This document shows, one piece after another, positions 55,138 to 64,000 of a stretch of 64,000 bases of DNA. The notes under the pieces were generated by a model, which was not told the DNA's origin, did no database searches, and was given only the letters and a program-made list of their open reading frames with translations. A program made the translations under genes and the position numbers. The stretch covers positions 8,157 to 72,156 of the forward strand of contig JBIIRE010000001.1 of the NCBI GenBank assembly GCA_044341655.1, read 5' to 3'. The DNA is from Ilumatobacteraceae bacterium. Its GTDB lineage: Bacteria; Actinomycetota; Acidimicrobiia; Acidimicrobiales; Ilumatobacteraceae. How positions within the stretch are numbered: the first letter of the stretch is position 1; the number at the start of each line of letters is the position of its first letter.

Positions 55138-56235
55138 TCAAGAGCCCGCAACCAGGCGCACAGCGATTTCGTTGGCCACTAGGCGCCCGCGGGGGTTGAG
55201 GCGAATCCTGCCATTTTCACGAATCAAGAATTCCTCAAGCATCTCAAGATCGATAGCAAGAAGATGGTTTTCGCTGATTCCATCGCGCATTCGCAATGCC
55301 AACTGGAGCGCTTCAAGGGTTCTCGCCTCCTGGCCAAGCTCCTCAAAAGATGCTTCGCGCGACTCGCCACTTGCAACCAGATCGATATAACGATCTGGTG
55401 TACGCACATTCCACGAGCGGCGACCACTGACATGCGAATGCGCCGCACATCCAAAACCGAGATAGTTGCCTTGGCGCCAATAAAGAAGATTGTGCCGACA
55501 CTCTGAACCCTGCCGTGACCAGTTACTAATTTCATAGTTCGCATAGCCCGCATCTTCAAGAAGAGAATTGATCAACAGGTACTTGTCGGCTTCGTCATCA
55601 TCATCAGGAAAGCGCGAAGGATCGCGAGACAGCGGAGTTCCAGGCTCCACAGTTAGGCCATATGCAGAGACATGCGTTGGCTGGAGAGCGACCACTTCAC
55701 TAATAGTGGAGCGCACATCATCAATTGACTCCCCTACCGAGCCGTAGATGAGATCCAGGTTGATTTCTTCAATACCGGCAGCCTTAGCTGCTCCAACTGC
55801 AGTGCGAACGTTTTCGGGATTGTGTTCGCGGCCCAAAATCTTGAGCACATTGGTGCGCATCGATTGCACACCAAGACTGATTCGCGTGGCCCCACCCTTC
55901 TTATAGGCATGCATAAGTGCTTCGGACACGTTGTCTGGATTGCATTCAATTGTGATTTCAGGTTTTAGCGATAGTGGAAGTGCATTGATCACAGACATCA
56001 ACTGATCAGGGTCTACTAGTGAAGGGGTTCCTCCACCGACAAACACTGTGTCAACGGTTTGCAGTCCGTTGGCAACTGCTTGCTCAACATCACGCAACAA
56101 CGCCGCCATGTACTCAGCTTGAAGATGTCCACGGTCATCCCAGGTTGCGAAGGCGCAATAGTCACAGCGCCGAGAACAAAACGGGATGTGAAGATAAACC
56201 CCGAACTGATCCGGTGGCGGCAAGGTGCTTTTCAC
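55138..56235 (-). CDS. hemW: Radical SAM heme chaperone HemW (HemN-like, oxygen-independent coproporphyrinogen oxidase family)
   Basis: Motifs YLHIPFCSRRCDYCAF (CxxxCxxC) and VFVGGGTPS. Confidence 0.9.
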   Translation of the reverse strand: MKSTLPPPDQFGVYLHIPFCSRRCDYCAFATWDDRGHLQAEYMAALLRDVEQAVANGLQTVDTVFVGGGTPSLVDPDQLMSVINALPLSLKPEITIECNPDNVSEALMHAYKKGGATRISLGVQSMRTNVLKILGREHNPENVRTAVGAAKAAGIEEINLDLIYGSVGESIDDVRSTISEVVALQPTHVSAYGLTVEPGTPLSRDPSRFPDDDDEADKYLLINSLLEDAGYANYEISNWSRQGSECRHNLLYWRQGNYLGFGCAAHSHVSGRRSWNVRTPDRYIDLVASGESREASFEELGQEARTLEALQLALRMRDGISENHLLAIDLEMLEEFLIRENGRIRLNPRGRLVANEIAVRLVAGS

Positions 56236-56747
56236 TGCGCTGCGGGCGGAACGAACAGCAGATCGAGTTCACCCAATCGCTCACCAACTTGATCAACTTC
56301 GCAATCAAGCATCACTGCAATGGCTCGCCAATCATCGGAACGCACGGTGATGACTTTGCCATTGAAGTCCTGACGCTTCACCTGCAGCATTCGGAGATAA
56401 CGCTCCAGCATCTTGAATTCAGCACCTTCAAAAGTGGAAAGTTTGGCCACATCAATTCGTAACTTCACAGGTGCAGAGCTGCTTCTGGAATCTCTCACGC
56501 GCTCAGTTGATGTTGGGAGCAACTGATCTACTGGCACACCGAGAAGTCTGGCTAGCCCCTCAAGGCGGGGTACTGATATCGCGCGCTCGCCGCGTTCATA
56601 AGCACCAACCACTGAGGCTTTGAACTCGTTATTGGACTGTGCTTCAAGTTCGCCAAGAGACCAGCGCCTCTGTTTACGAATCGCCCTAATGCGCTCACCC
56701 ACCATTTTGGTGAACGCGGTTGGAGCATCGAGATCTTCTTCACTCAT
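56232..56747 (-). CDS. bldD: BldD-like XRE-family transcriptional regulator with a c-di-GMP-binding-type C-terminal domain
   Basis: Collinear by eye with Streptomyces BldD as I remember it: IRAIRKQRRWSL, KASVVGAYERGERAISVPRLEGLARLLGVPVDQLLP, KLRIDV..LERY..VKRQDFNGKVITVRSDDWRAIAVMLD. The RxD-X8-RxxD signature is present as RQD-X8-RSDD. Confidence 0.8.
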   Translation of the reverse strand: MSEEDLDAPTAFTKMVGERIRAIRKQRRWSLGELEAQSNNEFKASVVGAYERGERAISVPRLEGLARLLGVPVDQLLPTSTERVRDSRSSSAPVKLRIDVAKLSTFEGAEFKMLERYLRMLQVKRQDFNGKVITVRSDDWRAIAVMLDCEVDQVGERLGELDLLFVPPAAQ

Positions 56748-57424
56748 TGGATCACCCGCTTTGCATTTGCCATTACGAGTGCTGATGCAACAATCGCTGC
56801 GGTTTCTGCACGCAGAATTGTCTGCCCAAGATCCACAGAGTCATTGAATAACCCCAACTCTTCTTCAGTGAAACCACCCTCAGGCCCTATCAAAACAGAA
56901 AGCCCTGAGAAAATGCCGGTTGCGCCAGGCTCAGCCACGGAAAAACCATCTCCAGCCAATTCCTTAATCGGCTTCGGCCCAGTCACGTGAGGCAAAAACA
57001 CTCGACGCGATTGCATTGAAGCCTCCCGAGCGATGCGCCCAAGGCGCTGCATCTCTGACTTCTGTTTGCGTTCGTCCCACCGGACAACTGAGCGCGCAGT
57101 GGGTTCAACGATAACGATCTCACTAATCCCAATCTCTGTGGCTTTTTGTACGACAAGTTCCGTGCGATCACCTTTGAGGGGCACGACCGCAATGCGGCTG
57201 TGTGCAGGATGAGGCGCGAGGAATATCTCGCCATCGCGCAAGATTCCTGACTTTGTGAAGTAGGCACTGCACCATTGACCGTTGCCATCACTCAGAGTTA
57301 TGCGCTCACCATCACGCACACGAAGCACTTTGCGCAGATGATGGAGATCAAGTTCTTCGAGAATCGGATTCTGAAGATCGGTCACGAAACAGTGAGCTGC
57401 ACTGGTTCGGAGTTCGTCAATCAC
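56744..57424 (-). CDS. rsmE: 16S rRNA (uracil1498-N3)-methyltransferase RsmE
   Basis: Motifs HHLRKVLRV and C-terminal [20 protein letters not shown]. Confidence 0.9.
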   Translation of the reverse strand: MIDELRTSAAHCFVTDLQNPILEELDLHHLRKVLRVRDGERITLSDGNGQWCSAYFTKSGILRDGEIFLAPHPAHSRIAVVPLKGDRTELVVQKATEIGISEIVIVEPTARSVVRWDERKQKSEMQRLGRIAREASMQSRRVFLPHVTGPKPIKELAGDGFSVAEPGATGIFSGLSVLIGPEGGFTEEELGLFNDSVDLGQTILRAETAAIVASALVMANAKRVIQ

Positions 57425-58544
57425 GCCGTGGCCGTTTCAGTCGATCGATCAGGCTCTTAGAACCATCGCTAGTGTCGTCACCATTCAATTCCGCCAGACG
57501 CGTGATCAACTCGAGTTCTTCCGCGCTGGGCTTGGTTGGCACTTCAACGGTGACAATCACACGCAGGTCGCCACGCCCACCCGCTCTACCGCGTTGATTG
57601 AGCCTCGGAATACCGAGCCCTGGAAGCACCAATTCTGTGTGGGGCTGAGTACCTTTGGGCACGGTCAGTTTCTTTTCGCCGTCGAAAGTATCAATGTTCA
57701 TGGTGAGCCCAAGAACAGCCTGAGCAAAGCTGATCGGAAGCACTGTTACTAGGTCAAAGCCGTCGCGGGAGAAAATTTCATCACGTGCAACACGCGCATG
57801 CACGTACAAGTCTCCGGTGCCACCACCGCGCGGACCCACAGCCCCACACCCGCTAAGGCGCAGGGTTTGCCCGGTGTCCACCCCTGCTGGAATGTCCACT
57901 TGATAGGTCACGTTGGTGATCTTGCGGCCATCGCCACCACACGACTTACACGGTGTAACTACAACTTCGCCGATGCCACCACAGCGTTGACACGGTGAAG
58001 TGGTGATCATCTGGCCAAGCATGCTGTTACGCACTCTGCGCTGCTGCCCCGTGCCTGCGCAATCGCTGCAACTCACCGGTTTGGTTCCTTCGCCAGCACC
58101 AGAGCCATTGCAGTCATCGCAACGCACCGCAGTGCGCACTTCGACTGGCACTGCGCCACCGGTGATCACATGCGCGAGTGAGATATCGGCATACGCCTCG
58201 ATGTCCTGACCCCGCGGTGGCCCTGATTGGGCACCACCCGTGAAGGAAAACGCATCACCAAAGATTGAACCGAACAGGTCACCAAGACCGCCGGCACCAA
58301 AACCATCAGCCATGCCGGCACCACTGAGCCCATCTTCGCCATAACGGTCATAGCGAGCGCGCGAATCCGGATCCGATAACACTTCATATGCGCGCGCAAC
58401 TTCTTTGAAACGCTCTTCAGCCTGTGGATCATCTGGATTTGAATCAGGATGAAACTCTCGAGCCTTAACTCGATAAGCCTTTTTGATGGCATCAGACGAG
58501 GCGTTGCGTTGCACGCCAAGAACTTGATAAAAATCGGTCGCCAT
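57417..58544 (-). CDS. dnaJ: Molecular chaperone DnaJ
   Basis: J-domain [21 protein letters not shown]. Four CxxCxGxG repeats ([32 protein letters not shown]). Confidence 0.95.
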   Translation of the reverse strand: MATDFYQVLGVQRNASSDAIKKAYRVKAREFHPDSNPDDPQAEERFKEVARAYEVLSDPDSRARYDRYGEDGLSGAGMADGFGAGGLGDLFGSIFGDAFSFTGGAQSGPPRGQDIEAYADISLAHVITGGAVPVEVRTAVRCDDCNGSGAGEGTKPVSCSDCAGTGQQRRVRNSMLGQMITTSPCQRCGGIGEVVVTPCKSCGGDGRKITNVTYQVDIPAGVDTGQTLRLSGCGAVGPRGGGTGDLYVHARVARDEIFSRDGFDLVTVLPISFAQAVLGLTMNIDTFDGEKKLTVPKGTQPHTELVLPGLGIPRLNQRGRAGGRGDLRVIVTVEVPTKPSAEELELITRLAELNGDDTSDGSKSLIDRLKRPRRD

Positions 58545-58550
58545 CAGAAA

Positions 58551-59552
58551 TCAGCTTTCCGACAGCCGTCGGCCGAGTTCATCACTTACAACACCCACGG
58601 TGGCCATTGCCTTCGGGTAGTTCATGCGAGTGGGCCCCAGAACTCCAACCGTGCCAATGTGCTCACCGTCAGCAACTACCGGAGCAACAATCACCGAACA
58701 CGCCGCTAAGGGCTCAACACCGTGCTCGCCCCCGATGGCCACACTCAATCCGCGACCGAGAACATCACGCACAAGTGAAACAACTACATATTGCTGCTCA
58801 AGGGTGCCGAGAATCGCCCGCACAGTGTCAACCGCATCAAATGCTCGGGCCATCGCACTGGCGCCACCCATGTAGACCGGTTGATCTGTGGCGTGAGAGA
58901 CGATTGCGTCCATCGCGCGCTTACAGATTGAATCAACGAGGTCCTCGCCCGTTGCCATCACGTTGATTTCACCAGACATCGATTTGCCCACGAGCGCATT
59001 TGAAAGATGCACAGTTGCTGCGCCTAGGTGGGTTTGCCCCACACCATCAGGTAGCTCAATCGTGGCACTTTCAACCGAACCATTTGAGAGCACCACAACA
59101 ACAGTTGCGTTAGACGCACTCAATCCAACCACTTGAACCGAGCGCATTACCGCTACTTCAGCTTTGGGCCCAACTGCAACAGCGGCATATTTGGTGAGGT
59201 CCGCAAGAAGGTGAGTTGTGTTCTGAAGCAGTTCCTCAAGGCGGCCGTGTGTTGAATCAAAGAATGTGCCGACTTGTTGACGGGTCTGGGCATCAACACC
59301 ACCCTGGGGAGCAATCTGGTCGACAAACAACCGGTATCCCTTGTCCGTGGGCACGCGCCCTGCAGAAGTGTGGGGCTGAGCAAGGTAACCATCTTGTTCA
59401 AGCGAAGCCATGTCGTTTCGAACCGTTGCAGGCGAAACCTTGATTCCTGAAACTTGGGCGATGTGCGATGAGCCAACAGGCTGAGCCGTGGCGATGTACT
59501 CCTGCACAACAGCCATCAGGATCGCGGTCTTTCGCTCGTCCAACATCGGCAT
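58551..59552 (-). CDS. hrcA: Heat-inducible transcription repressor HrcA
   Basis: Motif MLDERKTAILMAVVQEYIATAQPVGS and a C-terminal GTVGVLGPTRMNY. Confidence 0.95.
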   Translation of the reverse strand: MPMLDERKTAILMAVVQEYIATAQPVGSSHIAQVSGIKVSPATVRNDMASLEQDGYLAQPHTSAGRVPTDKGYRLFVDQIAPQGGVDAQTRQQVGTFFDSTHGRLEELLQNTTHLLADLTKYAAVAVGPKAEVAVMRSVQVVGLSASNATVVVVLSNGSVESATIELPDGVGQTHLGAATVHLSNALVGKSMSGEINVMATGEDLVDSICKRAMDAIVSHATDQPVYMGGASAMARAFDAVDTVRAILGTLEQQYVVVSLVRDVLGRGLSVAIGGEHGVEPLAACSVIVAPVVADGEHIGTVGVLGPTRMNYPKAMATVGVVSDELGRRLSES

Positions 59553-59557
59553 TGAGT

Positions 59558-60898
59558 TTATTTGCCCGACACGATTTTGTATCTGCGAAGCGACTCATCT
59601 CGCTCCACGGAATGGTCCACTATTGGCGCTACATAACCCGAAGGGACACCTGCATCGGCTGTGGAAGGGGCATGAATTGCTTGGCAGTCTTCGAGTTCTG
59701 GCACCCACCTACGGATGTAGTCCCCTGGTGGGTCGAATTTTTCAGACTGCATCGTTGGGTTGAACACGCGGAAATAAGGAGCTGCATCTGTGCCCGTACC
59801 AGCAGTCCATTGCCAGCCGTGATTGTTCGATGCCAAGTCACCATCAACAAGGTGACGCATGAAGTAACGCGCACCCCATTGCCACGGTAAGTGCAGGTCC
59901 TTCACGAGGAAACTCGCCACGATCATGCGAACCCGATTGTGCATCCAGCCCGTGGCAAGCAACTGGCGCATACCAGCATCAACAATCGGATAGCCAGTTC
60001 GGCCCGCGCACCACGCTTTGAATCGCTCTTCGGCGATTGACCCCGTGTCATGCGGAAGAACGTTCATCTTTGCTTGCAAGTTTTCCCACGCTGTCTGTGG
60101 TTTGTTGAACAACACATCCGCATAGAACTCGCGCCAACAGATCTCGCTCACAAAACTCTTGTTGACGTCATGCGGGTGAGATTCTGCAAGCAGTTGGCGT
60201 GGATGCACCAAACCGAAACGAAGATATGGCGACATCATGCTCGTGCCATCAATACCAGGCGAGTTTCGATTATCGGGATAGCCAGCGAGTGCAGTTCCAG
60301 AGAAAACATCCCATCGCTCCCATGCAGCTTTCTCGCTTGCTATGGGAAGCGAATGAGGAGTCGTTTCGATATCGGGCAAGTTTTCAGATGCGACACCTGT
60401 TGCCCAGCATGCTTTTGGAGTCTCTATTGGATCTGCCCATCCAATATTCATCCAACGCTTGAAATATGGGGTGAAAACAGCAAGCGGTGTGCCGTCATCT
60501 TTGAGCACCACCCCGGGATCAACCGCATATGGTGATCCAATTCCTCGAAGCTTTACTCCGTGCTCTTTTAGGGCCGCAGCAACTTCTCCATCGCGTCGCC
60601 GACCGTATGGTGCGAAATCCTTCGCACAATAAACCTCTGTAGCTCCGGTTGTGCGCGCCAATTCGGACAACACCTCAGCTGGCGCACCGGTCCGTAACAC
60701 CAAAGAACCACTGAGCGATTCATTCAGCGAACGCAATGCAGCAAATAGAAAATGTGTTCGGGGCGTAACGGGTCGGTCCATGAATTCAGGATCGAGAATG
60801 AACACTGGAATAACTTCACCGTGGGAGCATGCCGCAGCCAACGATGGGTTATCTGCCACGCGAAGGTCGCGGCGGAACCAGTGAATTGCCGTGCTCAC
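59558..60898 (-). CDS. phr: Deoxyribodipyrimidine photolyase (CPD class I type)
   Basis: Motifs [21 protein letters not shown] and [42 protein letters not shown] 60898 forms a GTGA overlap with the MFS stop. The track start is 60973. Confidence 0.9.
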   Translation of the reverse strand: MSTAIHWFRRDLRVADNPSLAAACSHGEVIPVFILDPEFMDRPVTPRTHFLFAALRSLNESLSGSLVLRTGAPAEVLSELARTTGATEVYCAKDFAPYGRRRDGEVAAALKEHGVKLRGIGSPYAVDPGVVLKDDGTPLAVFTPYFKRWMNIGWADPIETPKACWATGVASENLPDIETTPHSLPIASEKAAWERWDVFSGTALAGYPDNRNSPGIDGTSMMSPYLRFGLVHPRQLLAESHPHDVNKSFVSEICWREFYADVLFNKPQTAWENLQAKMNVLPHDTGSIAEERFKAWCAGRTGYPIVDAGMRQLLATGWMHNRVRMIVASFLVKDLHLPWQWGARYFMRHLVDGDLASNNHGWQWTAGTGTDAAPYFRVFNPTMQSEKFDPPGDYIRRWVPELEDCQAIHAPSTADAGVPSGYVAPIVDHSVERDESLRRYKIVSGK

Positions 60899-62100
60899 TT
60901 CACCACGTCCGTTCTGAATGTCAACCATGCCATGCAAGCAAAGGTTATGACCCCGCCGTAGCCAAGCGACCACTCAACACTCACATGATCTGCCACCCAG
61001 CCAGTTATTGGGCCACCAATCGGTGTTGAACCCAGAAATGCCACGGCAACGAGTGCAAGCATCCGGCTGCGCATGTCAGGAGGAGCGTCGTATTGCGAGA
61101 TCGAGTTGCTGGCCGCAACAAACGCTGCGCCACCAGCACCAAGTGGCAGTGCCGCAATGAATGCAAGAGGCAGATTCGGCGCCCACGCCATTGAGATGTT
61201 CCCTACTGCCAGCATGACCCCAGCGAGGGTGAACCACTTGTATGTGAGCGTGTGCTGCTTTGCACCGACCAATGCACCGAGCAGACTTCCGAAACTCACC
61301 GCGGCCAACAACCAACCGTAAGCGTCGGGGGAATCCCATCGTTGATCAGCGAGTTTGGGAAGCGAGACGTTGTAGTTGAAAGCAAATGTGGCAACCACGG
61401 AGAAAGTAACGAAAACCGGAAACAGTTCTGAGTGGCCACGCACATATCGAAATGCGTCGCGCACCGGAGTGCCACCAGGTGGTGCTGGAGGTGTGCGGTA
61501 GAGCTTGCGTTCGTCAATTGCCGCAATCGAGCCAATCAATGCGGCAAATGAAACACCATTGCCAAAGAACAGCCATCCAGGCCCGAGTGGTCCGATCAAT
61601 AATGCCGCCAACGCCGGACCAAAGATGCGTGACCCGGTCATCACTGCCGTGTTCAGTGACATTGCATTTGAAATGTCATCTTTCTCCACGAGTTCAATCA
61701 CAAGCCCGCGTCGGGCTGGGTTATCAATTGCACTGACCACACCGAGAAATAGCGACAGCAGGTAAACCGCAGGCGCATTTACATTTCCAATTAACACCAT
61801 CCCAGCAAGAAGGAACGCCTGCAACGCCATGCCCGCTTGCATGATCATTGTTAATCGGCGCCGATTCACACGATCAGCAATTGCCCCCGCCCAAATGCCA
61901 AGGAGCAACATCGGTAGAAACTGAGCGGCAGCGTTGACACCGAGCGTGGTTGCATCGCCGGTCAATTCATACAAGAGAACTGAAGTGGCGGTCAGCTGCA
62001 TCCACGAGCCGACATTGGAAATCATCAACCCAAAAAAGAAGAGCTGCGCATTGCGATGCTTGAGGGACCTGAAGGTGGCGCCGGAATCCGACACGGTCAA
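60895..62100 (-). CDS. MFS transporter (MFS_3 / EntS-like type)
   Basis: Twelve predicted TM segments and the N-terminus [29 protein letters not shown] start, overlapping the lepA stop (TTGA). Confidence 0.85.
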   Translation of the reverse strand: MTVSDSGATFRSLKHRNAQLFFFGLMISNVGSWMQLTATSVLLYELTGDATTLGVNAAAQFLPMLLLGIWAGAIADRVNRRRLTMIMQAGMALQAFLLAGMVLIGNVNAPAVYLLSLFLGVVSAIDNPARRGLVIELVEKDDISNAMSLNTAVMTGSRIFGPALAALLIGPLGPGWLFFGNGVSFAALIGSIAAIDERKLYRTPPAPPGGTPVRDAFRYVRGHSELFPVFVTFSVVATFAFNYNVSLPKLADQRWDSPDAYGWLLAAVSFGSLLGALVGAKQHTLTYKWFTLAGVMLAVGNISMAWAPNLPLAFIAALPLGAGGAAFVAASNSISQYDAPPDMRSRMLALVAVAFLGSTPIGGPITGWVADHVSVEWSLGYGGVITFACMAWLTFRTDVVK

Positions 62101-63905
62101 TCGTCCAATTTGAGGGCAGAGATGAACACATCGCCTGGAATTTCCACGCGACCAATTGCTTTCATCTTCTTTTTGCCTTCCTTTTGCTTCTCCAGCAGTT
62201 TGCGCTTACGCGTGATGTCGCCGCCGTAGCACTTAGCGAGAACGTCTTTTCGCTTGGCCTTCACGGTCTCACGCGAAATAACTTTGCCACCAATAGCTGC
62301 CTGGATCGGCACGTCAAACATCTGCCGTGGGATTAGCTCTTTCAACTTCTCACACATCCGACGCCCGTAGTCAAAGGCCTTGTCACGATGCACGATCGTG
62401 CTGAATGCATCAGCTGGCTGACCGTTGAGCAACAAGTCAACCTTCACCAGATTGCTTTCGCGGTAGCCAGAGAGTTCGTAGTCCAATGATGCATAACCCT
62501 GTGATCGACTCTTCATTTGGTCAAAGAAATCAACCACAACTTCCGCAAGTGGAACTTGGTAGTGCATCTCAACGCGCTCAGGTGAGAGATATTCGAGCTT
62601 GCCGAGTTCACCACGACGCGATTGGCACAGATCCATGAGCGTGCCGGTGTATTCCTTTGGCGTGATGATGCTCACACGGAAATAAGGCTCTTCAATGTGC
62701 TGGATATTCTGCGTTGGTGGCAGGTCAGCAGGGTTATCAACAATTTCAATATCGCCATTGGTCTTGCGCACGCGATATTCAACTGAAGGAGCCGTTGCAA
62801 TCAACGCGAGGTTGAATTCGCGCTCGAGGCGCTCTTTCACAATCTCCATGTGCAACAAACCAAGGAACCCACATCGGAATCCAAAACCAAGAGCACCTGA
62901 AGTTTCGGGTTCGTAGGTGATTGAAGCATCGTTGAGTTTCAACTTTTCGATGCTCTCGCGGAGCAGCTCAAAGTCGTCACCATCGATTGGATAAAGACCA
63001 CAAAAAACCATCGGCTTTGGATCCTGGTATCCGGGCAGCGGTTCCGAGGCCTGACGGCTCAACATGGTTACGGTCTCACCACTTCGCGCCTCGCCAACAT
63101 CTTTGATGCCAGCGATCAGATATCCCACTTCTCCGGGACCGAGTTCAGCCACGGGCGTTGGTGTGGGTCGACGCACACCAATTTCAACTGCATCCTGAGT
63201 TGCATTGGCGTTCATGAACTGCAGTTTTGATCCCGCAGTGAGGGTGCCATTCACAACACGGATGCTTGAAACAACGCCACGATATTGGTCGTACTGGGAG
63301 TCGAAGATGAGCGCCTGCAGCGGAGCGTCCGCATCGCCCTTCGGCGCAGGAATGCGATCAAGCACCGCATCTAGAAGTAGATCGACTCCCTCGCCGGTCT
63401 TGGCTGAAATTCGCAGAATGTCTTCAGCGGGAATTCCAAGCACCGTTTCAATTTCCATCGCGTAGCGATCTGGGTCTGCGGCAGGAAGATCAATCTTGTT
63501 GAGTGCTGCCACGATCTCAAGGTCATGCTCCAGCGCGAGATAACAGTTAGCAAGGGTTTGTGCTTCGATGCCTTGGGCAGCGTCGACCACGAGTACGACT
63601 CCCTCGCACGCCGCCAGTGATCGGCTCACCTCATAACCAAAGTCAACGTGACCCGGTGTGTCAATGAGGTGAAAGGTATGACCCTTCCACTCCACACGCA
63701 CGTTTTGCGCCTTGATCGTGATCCCACGCTCGCGCTCGAGGTCCATGGAGTCGAGATACTGGGCCCGCATATCGCGCGCATCAACAGCCTTCGTGAGCTC
63801 CAAAATGCGGTCAGAGAGTGTCGACTTCCCATGGTCGATATGCGCAATGATCGAGAAGTTGCGGATTTTGGCCAGATCCATGAGTTCATTCAGCCTAGTT
63901 GCCAC
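62097..63905 (-). CDS. lepA: Translation elongation factor 4 (LepA)
   Basis: Motifs [28 protein letters not shown] and NKID, with the C-terminal LepA region [26 protein letters not shown] start. Confidence 0.97.
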   Translation of the reverse strand: MATRLNELMDLAKIRNFSIIAHIDHGKSTLSDRILELTKAVDARDMRAQYLDSMDLERERGITIKAQNVRVEWKGHTFHLIDTPGHVDFGYEVSRSLAACEGVVLVVDAAQGIEAQTLANCYLALEHDLEIVAALNKIDLPAADPDRYAMEIETVLGIPAEDILRISAKTGEGVDLLLDAVLDRIPAPKGDADAPLQALIFDSQYDQYRGVVSSIRVVNGTLTAGSKLQFMNANATQDAVEIGVRRPTPTPVAELGPGEVGYLIAGIKDVGEARSGETVTMLSRQASEPLPGYQDPKPMVFCGLYPIDGDDFELLRESIEKLKLNDASITYEPETSGALGFGFRCGFLGLLHMEIVKERLEREFNLALIATAPSVEYRVRKTNGDIEIVDNPADLPPTQNIQHIEEPYFRVSIITPKEYTGTLMDLCQSRRGELGKLEYLSPERVEMHYQVPLAEVVVDFFDQMKSRSQGYASLDYELSGYRESNLVKVDLLLNGQPADAFSTIVHRDKAFDYGRRMCEKLKELIPRQMFDVPIQAAIGGKVISRETVKAKRKDVLAKCYGGDITRKRKLLEKQKEGKKKMKAIGRVEIPGDVFISALKLDD

Positions 63906-64000
63906 CCTTGTAAATAAGGTTCCTGAGCGCTTTTGCGTCTCATCTTCGTGGGTTGGGCTCGCAGAGTGCTTCTTGCTAGCCTTTCAAGGCTCCCAAATAA

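Noticed and set aside
59553-59640. A CIRCE operator (TTAGCACTC-N9-GAGTGCTAA) for HrcA, sought upstream of hrcA and in the lepA upstream region (63906-64000, which contains GAGTGCTTC).
   Set aside because: Neither place has a matching inverted half-site. The GAGTGCT hit is a lone half-site.
63906-64000. A possible partial gene at the right edge. A minus-strand frame is open from the edge, and another frame ends at TAG 63976-63978.
   Set aside because: Fewer than 35 codons are visible, there is no motif, and the candidate frames conflict. It cannot be supported from this window.
1-64000. CRISPR arrays, IS elements, rRNA genes, riboswitches, toxin-antitoxin pairs and defence systems.
   Set aside because: I saw no spaced direct repeats, terminal inverted repeats, transposase/integrase/nuclease-type ORFs or long structured leaders. 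Intergenic regions are almost all shorter than 115 nt.

Overview
This 64-kb window is a very compact, moderately GC-rich chromosome segment that I read as actinobacterial. The grounds are a BldD-type regulator, an hrcA-dnaJ-rsmE array, frequent GTG/TTG starts and many 4-nt start/stop overlaps. I support about 62 protein-coding genes, 2 tRNA-Val genes (anticodons TAC and GAC), one clear intrinsic terminator and one low-complexity coding repeat. I saw no rRNA, CRISPR array, transposase, integrase or phage genes.

Layout:
- 1-15.3 kb, envelope-related genes: three AT3/SGNH O-acyltransferase paralogues; a Tat-dependent sulfite-oxidase-family molybdoenzyme; an OmpR/histidine-kinase pair divergent from a secreted polyacidic protein, a disordered membrane-anchored protein and a ferric-reductase-like heme membrane protein; and an orphan GT10 fucosyltransferase.
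- 15.3-45 kb, a dense catabolic island with no regulator or transporter: 5 acyl-CoA ligases, split and fused two-domain acyl-CoA dehydrogenases, 4 amidohydrolase_2 enzymes, a Baeyer-Villiger monooxygenase, SDRs, VOC enzymes, and a GMC flavoprotein with a small subunit. It is organised as one 10-gene and one 6-gene translationally coupled operon whose gene sets match no pathway I know.
- 45-55 kb, mixed genes: small membrane proteins, a 7-TM double PQ-loop protein, a second BVMO, icd, an ACAD plus a truncated alkylsulfatase-like MBL protein, an EamA transporter, a DUF4236-TPR protein and a single-chain tandem TetR.
- 55-64 kb, a tightly coupled housekeeping array: lepA-MFS-photolyase-hrcA-dnaJ-rsmE-bldD-like-hemW.

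All product calls rest on motif recognition by eye. No database search or computation was possible.
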